DNA from: Chloroflexota bacterium
GTDB lineage: Bacteria > Chloroflexota > UBA11872 > VXOZ01
NCBI GenBank assembly: GCA_963663275.1
Contig: OY760183.1
Location: 2,912,001-2,976,000 of the forward strand
Length of the DNA stretch: 64,000 nucleotides
Direction of reading: 5' to 3'
The notes beneath the pieces are model-generated. The model made no database searches, was not told the DNA's origin, and worked only from the letters and a program-made list of their open reading frames with translations. The translations under genes were made by a program, and so were the position numbers. Shown piece by piece: positions 49,787-59,674 of this stretch (the first letter of the stretch is position 1; each line of letters opens with the position of its first letter).

Positions 49787-51772
49787 ATGAGTAATTCCGG
49801 ACCAACAGTGATGGAAAAGCAAGCGTGGGAAGTTGTAGGCCAACGCCTCGGCGGCACGGTAGCCTCGCTTGCCGTTTCGCCCAGTTTCGATGAAAACAAC
49901 CTCGTACTGGCCGGCACCATGGCCGGCGTATTCCGCTCTGAGGATGGGGGCAAGACCTGGCAGATTTCCAACGAAGGCATTACCAGCCCCTACGTGCAGG
50001 CGCTGGTCTTCGTGCCCAACGTCGCCAATCATGAGGTGGCGTTCGCCGGCGCGCTGGAGGGCGGCGTCTACCGCTCCGACAATGGGGGAGAGACCTGGCA
50101 GCAACTGGACTTCTGGCAGGGCGCTACCTCGGTTACGTGTCTCGCCGTTTCGCCGGGCTTTGCCGATGACGGCTTGATGTTGGCCGGCACCCAGGAAGAC
50201 GGCGTGTTCAAGTCCACGAACCGCGGCCGCACCTGGAACTCGTCGAACTTCGGCATCATGGAACTGAGCATCCAGGCCGTCGCCATCTCTCCGGACTTCC
50301 AGGAAGACCAGACCGCGTTCGTGGCCGGCGGCGACGGCCTCTACCGCACGTTTGACGAAGGCCGCGCCTGGCGGCTCGTCGATCGCGGGCTGGACAGCAT
50401 GGCGATCCAGGCGATTGCCGTCTCGCCCAACTTCGCCGAGGACCGTACGCTCTTCGTCGGCACCGAAGACATGGGCGTCTTCAAGTCCACGGACGGCGGC
50501 ACGAACTGGCAAGAAGCGAACAGCGGGCTGGATAGCGTCTCGATCAACGCGGTCTGCCTCTCGCCCGATTTCGCCCAGGACGGCCTGGTGTACGCCGGCA
50601 CGGCGGAAGGCCCGGTCTACCGCTCCACCGACGGCGGCGAGAGTTGGGAGAGCGCGATCGACCAGGATTCATCGATTCTCTGCCTGCTTACCACCGGCGC
50701 CGGCGCTGACGACATGGTGCTGGCGGGGGTGCACCGCGAAGGCGCTCTGCGCGCCGGCGGCGACGCCGCCACGTGGGAACCGGCCATCGAGGGCCTCGCC
50801 GCGCGCTCCTTGCTCGGCACGGCGCTCTCGCCAAACTGCCACCAAGACCATAGCCTCTTTGCCACCAGCCTGGAGGACGGCGTCCTGCGGTCTACCGACG
50901 GCGGCGAATCCTGGGAGCCGGCCGGCGCGGGCCTGGAAGAAATGCAGGTCGCCTCGCTGCTGGTCTCACCCGATTACGCCAACGACGCCACCGTTTTCGC
51001 GGCAACCCACGACGGCATCGCGCTTTCCGCTGACGGCGGCGGCAGTTGGCAGGCCAGCAATGAAGGGCTGGAGGAGGACGCCCGGGATCTGCGCGTACTC
51101 GCGGTTTCCCACAGCTTTGCGGACGATCGCCTCGTCGTGGCCGGCGGGCCCGGCGGCGCGCTCTACTTCAGCCGCGACGCGGGCCAATCCTGGGATCGGG
51201 CCGAAGAGACCTTTGGCGAGGAAGACGTCATCGGCGTCACGCTCTCGCCAAACTTTGCCGAGGACAACACCTTGCTGCTCGGCACCTTCCGCGCCTCCCA
51301 GGGCGACTACGCCAGCACCATTACCGTCTGGCGCTCCGCCGACGGCGGCGATATCTGGAAGCGCATCCTGGTACACGCCACCGGCGCGCAGTGGATCAGC
51401 TTTGCCATGCCGTCGAACTACTCCGGCACGGATGAGAACTACAGCAATTTCTTCATTGCCACGGCCACGCGCTTCTTCCGCCCCATGTGGCGCGGCAAGA
51501 ATCTCTGGGTCGGCGACGCGATCGGCGAAGCCACGGCGGCCGTGGTCTGCCTGGCCATCTCGCCCGACTACGAGGACGACACGACCCTCTACGCCGGCAC
51601 CAGCCGGGGCGTCTATAAGTCCGCCGACGAGGGCCTGACCTGGCAGAACATCAACGAAGGGCTGGACAACAAGGCGATCGTCTCGCTGCTGGTCTCGCCG
51701 AACTATGCCGAAGACCGCGCCGTGTGGGCCGTCTCCCTGGGCGGCACGGTGTGGCGATACGTAGACGCATAG
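49787..51772 (+). CDS. BNR/Asp-box repeat double beta-propeller protein
   Basis: About a dozen S-x-D-G-G-x-T/S-W repeats with an AVSP.F..D blade motif; no signal peptide is evident. Confidence 0.85.
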   Translation: MSNSGPTVMEKQAWEVVGQRLGGTVASLAVSPSFDENNLVLAGTMAGVFRSEDGGKTWQISNEGITSPYVQALVFVPNVANHEVAFAGALEGGVYRSDNGGETWQQLDFWQGATSVTCLAVSPGFADDGLMLAGTQEDGVFKSTNRGRTWNSSNFGIMELSIQAVAISPDFQEDQTAFVAGGDGLYRTFDEGRAWRLVDRGLDSMAIQAIAVSPNFAEDRTLFVGTEDMGVFKSTDGGTNWQEANSGLDSVSINAVCLSPDFAQDGLVYAGTAEGPVYRSTDGGESWESAIDQDSSILCLLTTGAGADDMVLAGVHREGALRAGGDAATWEPAIEGLAARSLLGTALSPNCHQDHSLFATSLEDGVLRSTDGGESWEPAGAGLEEMQVASLLVSPDYANDATVFAATHDGIALSADGGGSWQASNEGLEEDARDLRVLAVSHSFADDRLVVAGGPGGALYFSRDAGQSWDRAEETFGEEDVIGVTLSPNFAEDNTLLLGTFRASQGDYASTITVWRSADGGDIWKRILVHATGAQWISFAMPSNYSGTDENYSNFFIATATRFFRPMWRGKNLWVGDAIGEATAAVVCLAISPDYEDDTTLYAGTSRGVYKSADEGLTWQNINEGLDNKAIVSLLVSPNYAEDRAVWAVSLGGTVWRYVDA

Positions 51773-51878
51773 CCGGTTGCGCCATGTAAGTCATCGTGTC
51801 AAGGGCTTCGAACCGGGATAGCAGATAAGGTGCGCGCCGCTTTACGCGGCGCGTATCTCTTATTTCACATTCATCCGT

Positions 51879-52087
51879 CCCTCATCCGAACCTTCCCCTT
51901 CAGTGGGCTGACAGGGTCTTGTACTCTACAATCGACTTCACGTGTCATTCCGAGCGGAGCGAGGAATCTAGTAGCGGTGATCCTGCAGGGCCATGTCTTA
52001 GATTCCTCTCTCCGCTGCGCTCCGTTCGGAATGACACATACATACGCCTGCCAGTCTCTAATGGAGAGGGGGTATTGCAAAGGCCTC
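51879..52087 (+). mobile_element. Degenerate 140-bp MITE right half with a nested 166-bp-type MITE (from 51905)
   Basis: gggctgacaggg end, same internal REP pair as 27513-27678, and right end gcaaaggcctc. Confidence 0.7.
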
Positions 52088-52186
52088 CACTGGCAAGTTT
52101 GCGCGGATTCCCGCAAACTAGACACTACCATCGGCAGCATAGGACTGTCTTGAAGAGAGTTGCCGCAAACGATAGGAGCGCATATC

Positions 52187-53524
52187 ATGGCAAACCCCGT
52201 GCAGTTGGGAACCGCGAGCATCAACATCACCCCTTCCGTGGGCACGTGGATGGGCGGCTACGGCGCCCGCGACCACGGCTCGACTGACATCCACGACGAC
52301 CTCTACGCCAAGATACTCGTCTTCTCCGACGGCGAGACTAAAGCTGCCGTCGTCACCTGCGACCTGATTGGCGTCACCGAGGAGAGCACCGCTACGGTGC
52401 GCGGCCTGGTTGAGGAGCAGACCGACATTCCCGGCAACCACGTCATGATCACCTGCTCCCACACCCACTCCGGGCCTTCCACGCGCGAGTGGCGCTACGA
52501 AGCGCCGTTCAACAGCGCGTACTTGCGCGAGTTGGAGCGCAAGCTGGCGGGCGGCGTGCAGGTGGCGAACGGACGCTTGCAGTCCGTCGTCGCCGGTCTT
52601 GGCAACGGCTCGTATCCCCTGGCCGTCAACCGCCGCCTCACCACCGACGGCAAGACCGAAATGCGGGTCAATCCTGACGGCGTCGTGGACCATACGGTCT
52701 CCGTCCTGCGCTTCGACGCGCCGGACGGCGCGCCGGTGGCGACGGCCTTCAACTACGCCTGCCACTCCACCAGCATGGGCGCTTCGAACTACGCCTTTAG
52801 CGCCGACTACGCCGGCGGCGCGAAGGCGTTTGTGGAGCAGGCCTACGGCGGCGGCCACACGGCGGCGTTCCTGCTGGGAAGCTGCGGCAACGTGCGCCCC
52901 AACTTCACCAGCGACGGCAGCCGTTTCCGCTCCGCCACGTTCGCTGAACTCGAGAGCGTCTGGCGCGGCCTCGGCGCCGAGGTCGTCAACGTGCGGGAGG
53001 CCATCGCGTGCGCGCCCTTGTCCGGCGTGGCCGTGGCGCGGCGCGTCGTCACCGTGCCGATACGCGAAGTTCCCGACATCTCCTTCTTCAAGGAAGCCCT
53101 GGAAACCGGGACGTGGCCCGATACGCAAGGAGGCGTCAGCCGCGACTCCATGAAGTGGCTGCGCAGCCGCATCAGCGAACTGGAGTCCGGCACGGTCAAC
53201 TGCGAGCCGCAGGCGGAAGTGCAAGTGATCCGCGTAGGCAACCTGGTCTTCGTCGGCTTCCCCGGCGAGTTCTTCCTGGAATACGGCCTGGCGGTGAAAG
53301 AACGGGTGAAGGACGAACTGGGCCTCGAAGCCCTGCACGTCGAACTCGCCAACGGCATGATCGGCTACGTGCCCACCGCCAACGAGATCCCGCGCGGCGG
53401 CTACGAAGTCTACGCCTACCGGCACGGCTCCCAATCCCCCGCCGGCTACGCCGGCGAGGCCGAAGCGCTCTTTGTGGATACCGCCGTGGAACTCGCCCAC
53501 GAAACGGCCCCATCGGCGGGATAA
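52187..53524 (+). CDS. Neutral/alkaline ceramidase-like amidohydrolase
   Basis: SHTHSGP, VNRR, NYACH, SADY, PGEFF and GYVPT..GGYE. Confidence 0.8.
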   Translation: MANPVQLGTASINITPSVGTWMGGYGARDHGSTDIHDDLYAKILVFSDGETKAAVVTCDLIGVTEESTATVRGLVEEQTDIPGNHVMITCSHTHSGPSTREWRYEAPFNSAYLRELERKLAGGVQVANGRLQSVVAGLGNGSYPLAVNRRLTTDGKTEMRVNPDGVVDHTVSVLRFDAPDGAPVATAFNYACHSTSMGASNYAFSADYAGGAKAFVEQAYGGGHTAAFLLGSCGNVRPNFTSDGSRFRSATFAELESVWRGLGAEVVNVREAIACAPLSGVAVARRVVTVPIREVPDISFFKEALETGTWPDTQGGVSRDSMKWLRSRISELESGTVNCEPQAEVQVIRVGNLVFVGFPGEFFLEYGLAVKERVKDELGLEALHVELANGMIGYVPTANEIPRGGYEVYAYRHGSQSPAGYAGEAEALFVDTAVELAHETAPSAG

Positions 53525-53575
53525 CGTCGAATCCTGGCGGATACTCACCACCTGTGCAAACGGAAGCCGGCTGCC

Positions 53576-54241
53576 ATGCGCTTCGAGCGAACCATTATCG
53601 TGCCGGAGGAAGGTCTTGCCGCTGGGCAGGACGGCGGATTGCCGGCGGAGATTGCCGGCAGGGTGGACGGCATCCTCATTCCGGAGGCGATTCTCCATGA
53701 GCGGGTGGCAGGATTGGCGCGGGAAATTCGTGAGAATTACGCCGCTGGCGGGGAGTTGATCCTGCTGGTGGTTTTGAAAGGGGCGTTCGTGTTTGCGGCG
53801 GACCTGGGCCGCGCGCTTTCACGGCTGGGCGGGCCGGTGGTGCGCTACGAGTTCATTCGCGCCAGCGCCTATGGCGCCACCATCAAGCAGCCGGATGAGA
53901 AGGCGCGCGGCGTGAGCGTGGCAACGCTGCCCGCGGACCTGGCCGGTAGAGACGTGCTGCTGGTGGAAGACTTGGTTGACCAGGGTTTCACGCTGACCGC
54001 CCTCAAGCGGCGCGTGCTGGCTGAAGGCGCCCGCTCCGTGCGCATCTGCGCCTTCATATCCAAGCGCCTCCAGCGGCCCTCGCCGGAGGCGGCGCGCAAT
54101 CGCGCCGCGCTGACCCTCGACTTCGTGGGTTTCGACGTGCCCGACCGCTGGGTGGCGGGCTACGGCACCGACGCGGCAGAGGACTTCCGCGAGTTGCCCT
54201 ACGTTGTCACGGTACGAGAGCAATACTATCGGGAGCGATGA
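53576..54241 (+). CDS. hpt: Hypoxanthine phosphoribosyltransferase-like protein
   Basis: VLKGAFVFAADL, ASAYG, VLLVEDLVDQGFTL and WVAGYGTD..FRELP. Confidence 0.85.
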   Translation: MRFERTIIVPEEGLAAGQDGGLPAEIAGRVDGILIPEAILHERVAGLAREIRENYAAGGELILLVVLKGAFVFAADLGRALSRLGGPVVRYEFIRASAYGATIKQPDEKARGVSVATLPADLAGRDVLLVEDLVDQGFTLTALKRRVLAEGARSVRICAFISKRLQRPSPEAARNRAALTLDFVGFDVPDRWVAGYGTDAAEDFRELPYVVTVREQYYRER

Positions 54242-56076
54242 ATAACATGGGCGCCGATCTCCTGCTGCGGGGCGGAACCGTCGTAGACGTGGTGGAGAAG
54301 CGCTGCTACGCGGGCGATGTTCTGCTGCGGGACGGCTTGATCCACCGCGTCGTGCGCGCGCCGGAAACGAGTGACGCAATCGGGTTGACGGCAGACGCGC
54401 AGACGCTGGACGTATCCGGGCAATACGTCATTCCCGGGTTCATCGATCCGCATCTCCATATCGAAAGCAGCCTGCTCAGCCCGCTTGAGTTCGCCCAGGC
54501 CGCGGCGCGCCACGGCACCACCGCCGTTTTCGTGGATCCGCACGAAATCGCCAACGTGGCCAGCAGGGACGGCATCGAACTCTTCCTGCGCCACGCGGAA
54601 ATCGCGCCGCTCGACATCTTCATCGGCGTCCCCTCGTGCGTGCCGGCCACGGCGTTCGAAGACACCGGCGCCGCGCTCACCCTGGCGGACGTCGAGGAAC
54701 TGCTGCCCCACCCGCGCGTCTACGGACTGGCGGAGATGATGAACTTTCCCGGTATCATCCACGACGTCGGCGACGCCCGGGCCAAAGTGGCAAGCGCCTA
54801 CGCCTTGGGTAAAGTCGTGGACGGCCACGCCCCCGGCGTTACGGGACGCGACCTTGCCCGCTACGTCTCCAACGGCCAGGACGACGGCACGGTCAGAATC
54901 ATGTCCGACCACGAGTCGCGCACGGGCGCGGAGGCGCTGGAAAAACGCCAGGCGGGCATGACCGTTGCCATTCGCTACGGCAGCGCCACCAAAGACCTGG
55001 ACGTGATTCTTCCTTACCTGGCGGCGCAATGGCTCGGCCTGGAATCCGGCTCTCACGGGAATGACGGCGACTTCTGGGCGGGCTTCATGCTCTGCAGCGA
55101 CGATCTCGACGCGGCGGAATTGCACGCGCACGGCCACGTGGACCGGATTGTCCGGCGGGCGCGGGACATCCTGATCGAACACGCCGGCATGAACGGCGAA
55201 CAGGCGACAATACAAGCCATTGCGCTGGCCACCCTCCATCCGGCGCAGTGTTTTTCGCGCTTCTTCCGCCGCCACGGCTTAGCCGAAATGGGAGTAATTG
55301 CGCCTGGGAGAGTCGCCAACCTTGCGGTGCTGGATTCCCTGGAAAGCCTCGACTGCCGCGCAGTTATCCATCGCGGTGAAGTTGTGGCAGCGAACGGCAG
55401 CGCAAAGCAGCGCGAGACCCCCGGCGGCTACGGCAAGCTCTTGCAGACGGTAACGGTGAAAGAACCGTTAGCGGCTTCCGACTTCAACGTTCCTTATACC
55501 GGCCCACAGCGCGCAGTGGCCGCCCGCGTCATCGGTGCGGTGGACGGCAGCCTGACAACGCAAAGCCGCGTGCTCACCTTGCCGGCGCGGAACGGCGCAA
55601 TCCTGCCCGACCCGGCGCAAGACGTGGTGAAAATCGCCGTGATCGAGCGTCATCACAACACCGGCCTGCGCGCGGTCGGCTTCGTCAGCGGGTTGGGCAT
55701 CACGCGGGGAGCGGTCGCTTCCACCGTGGGACACGACAGCCACAATCTCATGGTGGCGGGCGTGGACGAAGACGCCATGGCCGCCGCGGCCAACCGTCTG
55801 GTGACGCTCGGCGGCGGCATGGCGGTGGCGCTTGGCGCTGACGTGACCGCGCTGCCGCTGGCGATTGGCGGTCTTATGTCAACTGAAAGCATCGATGTGG
55901 TAGCGGCTCAGTATCGAGAGTTGCTGGCCGCCGCAAAGCAAACAGGCACGTCGAGCGAAAATATCTTCCTGCTGCTCTCATTCCTCGCGCTGCCGGTCAT
56001 CCCCCACCTCAAGATCACCAATCGCGGCCTGGTGGACGTGGACGCCTTCGCCCCCGTGCCGCTGCTGGTTGAATAA
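54238..56076 (+). CDS. ade: Adenine deaminase with a short in-frame REP insert
   Basis: PGFIDPHLHIESS, DPHEIANV, LAEMMN, DGHAP, SDHE, CSDD and HDSHN; ATGA overlap with hpt. Confidence 0.92.
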   Translation: MNNMGADLLLRGGTVVDVVEKRCYAGDVLLRDGLIHRVVRAPETSDAIGLTADAQTLDVSGQYVIPGFIDPHLHIESSLLSPLEFAQAAARHGTTAVFVDPHEIANVASRDGIELFLRHAEIAPLDIFIGVPSCVPATAFEDTGAALTLADVEELLPHPRVYGLAEMMNFPGIIHDVGDARAKVASAYALGKVVDGHAPGVTGRDLARYVSNGQDDGTVRIMSDHESRTGAEALEKRQAGMTVAIRYGSATKDLDVILPYLAAQWLGLESGSHGNDGDFWAGFMLCSDDLDAAELHAHGHVDRIVRRARDILIEHAGMNGEQATIQAIALATLHPAQCFSRFFRRHGLAEMGVIAPGRVANLAVLDSLESLDCRAVIHRGEVVAANGSAKQRETPGGYGKLLQTVTVKEPLAASDFNVPYTGPQRAVAARVIGAVDGSLTTQSRVLTLPARNGAILPDPAQDVVKIAVIERHHNTGLRAVGFVSGLGITRGAVASTVGHDSHNLMVAGVDEDAMAAAANRLVTLGGGMAVALGADVTALPLAIGGLMSTESIDVVAAQYRELLAAAKQTGTSSENIFLLLSFLALPVIPHLKITNRGLVDVDAFAPVPLLVE

Positions 56077-56206
56077 ACGATTTACACGGATGATGGCGGT
56101 CATTCGCGTCATACCTTTCTCGTGTTCCGACTCGTGGAAGCGGGGGACAAGCCCCCGCGCTACAAGCTGGCAGCGTCGATCGAGCATAATCTGCTAAGGA
56201 GACCGG

Positions 56207-57127
56207 TTAGAGCGGCTCCACCACGGCGCCGCGCTCCGCGCAGGCGAGCGTGAGCGTGCGCGCCGGCGTGTCGTGCGCCCGCGCCGCATCCAGCATGGCG
56301 GCGGCCACGGCCTCCGGCTCGCGAAACGTCAGCGCCAGAATGGACGAACCGGCACCGGAGAGCGCGCTGCCGCACGCGCCCGCCGCCAGCGCCGCCTCCA
56401 TGATGGGCGTCATGGCGGGAAAGATTGCGGCGCGGTAGGGTTGGTGCAGGCGGTCGCTCATGCCGGCGCGGATGCTCGCTTCATCGGCCTGCGCAATCCC
56501 CGCCAGCAGCAGCGCGGCGTGGCCGACGTTGTAGACCGCGTCCCCCAGCGACACCTCTCGCGGCACCACCTGGCGCGCCAGCGCCGTGGGCAAGTGCTGC
56601 TCCGGCACGCAGACCACCGCATGGAGGTCTCGCGGCACGGGGACGCGCGCATAGGCCGGCGCACCGCCATCCTCCGCCGCGCACACGATCAGGCCGCCGA
56701 ACAAGGCCGCCGCCGCGTTGTCCGGGTGCCCTTCCAGGTCGCACGCAATTTGCAGCAGCCGGTCTGTCGAGAGCGCGTTTTCCAAGAGATGATTGGCCGC
56801 CGCCAGACCGCCGACCGTGGCGCTGGCGCTGCTGCCGAGCCCGCGAAAGAGGGGGATGCGGTTCCGCATGTGCAGGTCGATGGCGGGCGGCGGCGCGCCG
56901 GCGGCGGCAAAGGCGCGGTGGAAGGCCTGCACGAAGAGGTTCTGCTCGTCCCGCGCCAGTTCCGCGGCGTCTTCACCCTCCACCGCAATGCGCAGCCCAT
57001 TCGCCGCCGGCCGCACGGTAAATTCGTTGTAGAGCGAGAGCGCCATGCCGAAGGCGTCGAACCCCGGCCCCAGGTTGGCGGTAGTGGCCGGCACGCGCAC
57101 GCGAAAATCTGAAACGCGAATTGCCAC
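56207..57127 (-). CDS. thrB: Homoserine kinase
   Basis: VPATTANLGPGFD, PLFRGLGSSAS, EGHPDN, DRLHQPYR and SGAGS. The start is uncertain. Confidence 0.93.
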   Translation of the reverse strand: MAIRVSDFRVRVPATTANLGPGFDAFGMALSLYNEFTVRPAANGLRIAVEGEDAAELARDEQNLFVQAFHRAFAAAGAPPPAIDLHMRNRIPLFRGLGSSASATVGGLAAANHLLENALSTDRLLQIACDLEGHPDNAAAALFGGLIVCAAEDGGAPAYARVPVPRDLHAVVCVPEQHLPTALARQVVPREVSLGDAVYNVGHAALLLAGIAQADEASIRAGMSDRLHQPYRAAIFPAMTPIMEAALAAGACGSALSGAGSSILALTFREPEAVAAAMLDAARAHDTPARTLTLACAERGAVVEPL

Positions 57128-57310
57128 GACAATGACCTTTACTGCAAGGAATAGAGAAGGCGGAGACAACCGGTCCGCGCCTTTAATGTACCATAGGAGA
57201 GTGCCCTAATTGAGAGCAAGGGCGGCGGCTTCCCTTGCTTGCCTTGGCCGTGCGCCAATAGGGAAGCAAGAGCAAGCTGTCCTATCGAAACGTCAAAGAG
57301 GAGTGGCGCC

Positions 57311-58264
57311 ATGTTCAACTGGCTCAGGCGCGCCGGCATCGTTGCCATCGCGGCCGTGGCGGCCTACGTGGCCTATACGCGCCTCAAGCCGCGGCCCATT
57401 CCCGTGGAGGCGCTGCACACCGACGGCCGGTTCGTCACGGTAGACGGCCTGCAAATCCACTATCGCACCGCCGGTTCGGGGCCGCCTCTCATCCTCATCC
57501 ACGGCATCGGCGCCAATCTCTTCACCTGGCGCATCGTCTTCGACGCGCTGGCGCAAGCGTACACGGTCTATGCCCTGGACCTCAAAGGACACGGCCTCTC
57601 CGACAAACCCGGCAGCGGCGACTACTCGCCGTTCGGCATGGCCGACGTGGTGGCCGGCTTCATGGAAGCGTTAGGGCTGGAGTCCGCCAGGGTAATCGGC
57701 CTATCCATGGGCGGCGCGATCACGTTGGCGCTGGCCGCCCGGCATCCGGCGCGGGTGCGGCAGGCGGTGGTGATAAGTCCGGCCGGCTATCCGCTCGACT
57801 ATCACATTATGCCGGTCGTGGCGCATCTTGCCGGTACGCGGCTCGGAAGCGCAATCGGCGCCTTCTTGGTGCGCCAGCGCAGCCTCATCGAGGCCTACCT
57901 GCGCCAAAACTACTACGACCCGGACCGCATGTGCACGCCGGAGGTGGTGGACGGCTACTTCCTGCCCCTGCTCACCCCGGGCACCGACGGCATCGTTGCA
58001 CTGCTGGCGCGCGACTTCGGGCAGACCAGCATTGCCCACCGCCTGCGGGACATTGCCGCCCCGGTCCTCATCCTCTGGGGCCAGCACGACGCGATCATCC
58101 CCATGCACTGGGGCCATCGCTTCCAGCAGGACATCCCCAACGCCGAACTGGTCGTCTTCCCCAAGTGCGGACACTGCCTCCAGGAAGAGAAACCCGAACA
58201 GTTCCTGGAGACCGTGCACGCCTTCTTCCAGCGCAACGACCCCGCCGGCGCCGCGCAAACGTAG
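57311..58264 (+). CDS. Alpha/beta hydrolase with an N-terminal anchor
   Basis: HGIG, DLKGHG, GLSMGG, WGQHD and CGH; the stop TAG lies within a REP. Confidence 0.9.
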   Translation: MFNWLRRAGIVAIAAVAAYVAYTRLKPRPIPVEALHTDGRFVTVDGLQIHYRTAGSGPPLILIHGIGANLFTWRIVFDALAQAYTVYALDLKGHGLSDKPGSGDYSPFGMADVVAGFMEALGLESARVIGLSMGGAITLALAARHPARVRQAVVISPAGYPLDYHIMPVVAHLAGTRLGSAIGAFLVRQRSLIEAYLRQNYYDPDRMCTPEVVDGYFLPLLTPGTDGIVALLARDFGQTSIAHRLRDIAAPVLILWGQHDAIIPMHWGHRFQQDIPNAELVVFPKCGHCLQEEKPEQFLETVHAFFQRNDPAGAAQT

Positions 58265-58514
58265 CGCGGGGGCTCGTCCCCCGCCTCTTCACGCGCCGCA
58301 CAACCGTAGCGCGGGGGCTTGTCCCCCGCCGGAGCGCGCGGAACTGCCGCCAAATTGGCAGCAAGAGGCGCTTCCTTAAGACTTTCCCTGTGAGAAGCGG
58401 GCACAGAATGGAATTAACCCTAAAGGAGTCGCAGGTTACAAACCTGCGCTACCGGAGACGCGAGTCAATAGAAACGCCTTGCTCATGACCAGGAGAGTTA
58501 ATGGGCTTGACCTC

Positions 58515-58568
58515 TCGTCAACGCGGTGTAGGGGCACGACATGTCGTGCCCCTACACCGCGTTGACGA
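58515..58568. repeat. Perfect 54-bp loopless palindrome centred on a GTAG-type REP
   Basis: tcgtcaacgcggtgtaggggcacgaca|tgtcgtgcccctacaccgcgttgacga. Confidence 0.9.
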
Positions 58569-58612
58569 ACCGTCCTGGGGATGGTGCGCGCAAACTGCCT
58601 TAGGATAGGCGT

Positions 58613-59590
58613 TCAGGAGATGATCGCGGCGCAGGTGGGCGCGGGGAGGCCGCTGCCTACCGGCTGCCAGGCAAGATCGTCGAACGCCGCGTGATAGACC
58701 GCGTCATCCAGCACCACCGCGAACACGTCCACCGCGTCGCAGATGATGTGCTCGCACATGCGGTCCAGGGGAAACGAGAGGTTTTGCTCGGCGTCCCGCC
58801 ACGAATCGCCGCCGTCGCGGGACACCATCATGCGGCCCAGCCGCCCGACCCGGCGGGAAGGTCCCACCACCACGGTAGCGGGATCGTCGGCCTTGATGCA
58901 GACGCCGCGGGTGTAGTCGTCGATGAGGTGCTGCCACGAACCACCCCGGTCGGTGGAACGATAGACGCCGCCGCCCGTAGCCGCCATGATGGTATCCGGC
59001 TGGGCGGGATGAATGTCGATGCTGTGCACGTCCGGGTGTATGCCGTTTGCCGGGAACTCCCACTGGCCGATCTTCTCTGAGATTCCCCAGGACTCGCCGC
59101 CGTTGCGGCTTTCCGCCAGGCCGCCCACCTCGATAGCGGCCCAGACCGCGTCCTCGCCGCCGTCCAGCATGATGATGGTGCGCACCGCGCCCGCGCGCGG
59201 CGAATACGGCAAGAACCACTCCGCGCAGCCGGGCAGGGCGGTGAAGCCCTCCTCTTCCGCCCACGTCGCGCCGCCGTCGCGGCTGAGCCACACCCGGGCC
59301 GGTTCCGTGCCCACGCGCACGACCTGCGGGTCATGGGGATGGTAGGCAAGCGAGCGAATATACGGACTGCCCTGCCAGCCGGCGATTGTCTGCCAGCTTG
59401 CGCCGCCGTCGTCGGTCTTGAAAAGCCCGGCCCCGTGAGTCCCCGCAATCGCCTGCCGCCCGTCCGGATGCGCGGCGACGGCTTCCAGTTCCTGGTCACC
59501 CAAGCCGGACGATTGCACGTCCCAACCGTCACCCGCGCGGGCCAGCCTGAAGACCCCTTGCTCCGTGCCGACGTAGATTTGTTCTGCCAT
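58613..59590 (-). CDS. BNR/Asp-box beta-propeller protein (YCF48-like)
   Basis: Repeats TDDGGASW, SRDGGATW, SRNGGESW and STDRGGSW; HPDVH motif. Confidence 0.8.
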   Translation of the reverse strand: MAEQIYVGTEQGVFRLARAGDGWDVQSSGLGDQELEAVAAHPDGRQAIAGTHGAGLFKTDDGGASWQTIAGWQGSPYIRSLAYHPHDPQVVRVGTEPARVWLSRDGGATWAEEEGFTALPGCAEWFLPYSPRAGAVRTIIMLDGGEDAVWAAIEVGGLAESRNGGESWGISEKIGQWEFPANGIHPDVHSIDIHPAQPDTIMAATGGGVYRSTDRGGSWQHLIDDYTRGVCIKADDPATVVVGPSRRVGRLGRMMVSRDGGDSWRDAEQNLSFPLDRMCEHIICDAVDVFAVVLDDAVYHAAFDDLAWQPVGSGLPAPTCAAIIS

Positions 59591-59674
59591 GACACACGCC
59601 TCGTCAATTCTCCTGCAGCGGTTACGTATACTACCGGGCCGGCAATTTTCACATATTCCGCAATCTTCCGCGCG

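Noticed and set aside
54427-54436. gtcattcccg inside ade as another REP
   Set aside because: It encodes the conserved VIPG of amidohydrolases and has no palindromic partner.
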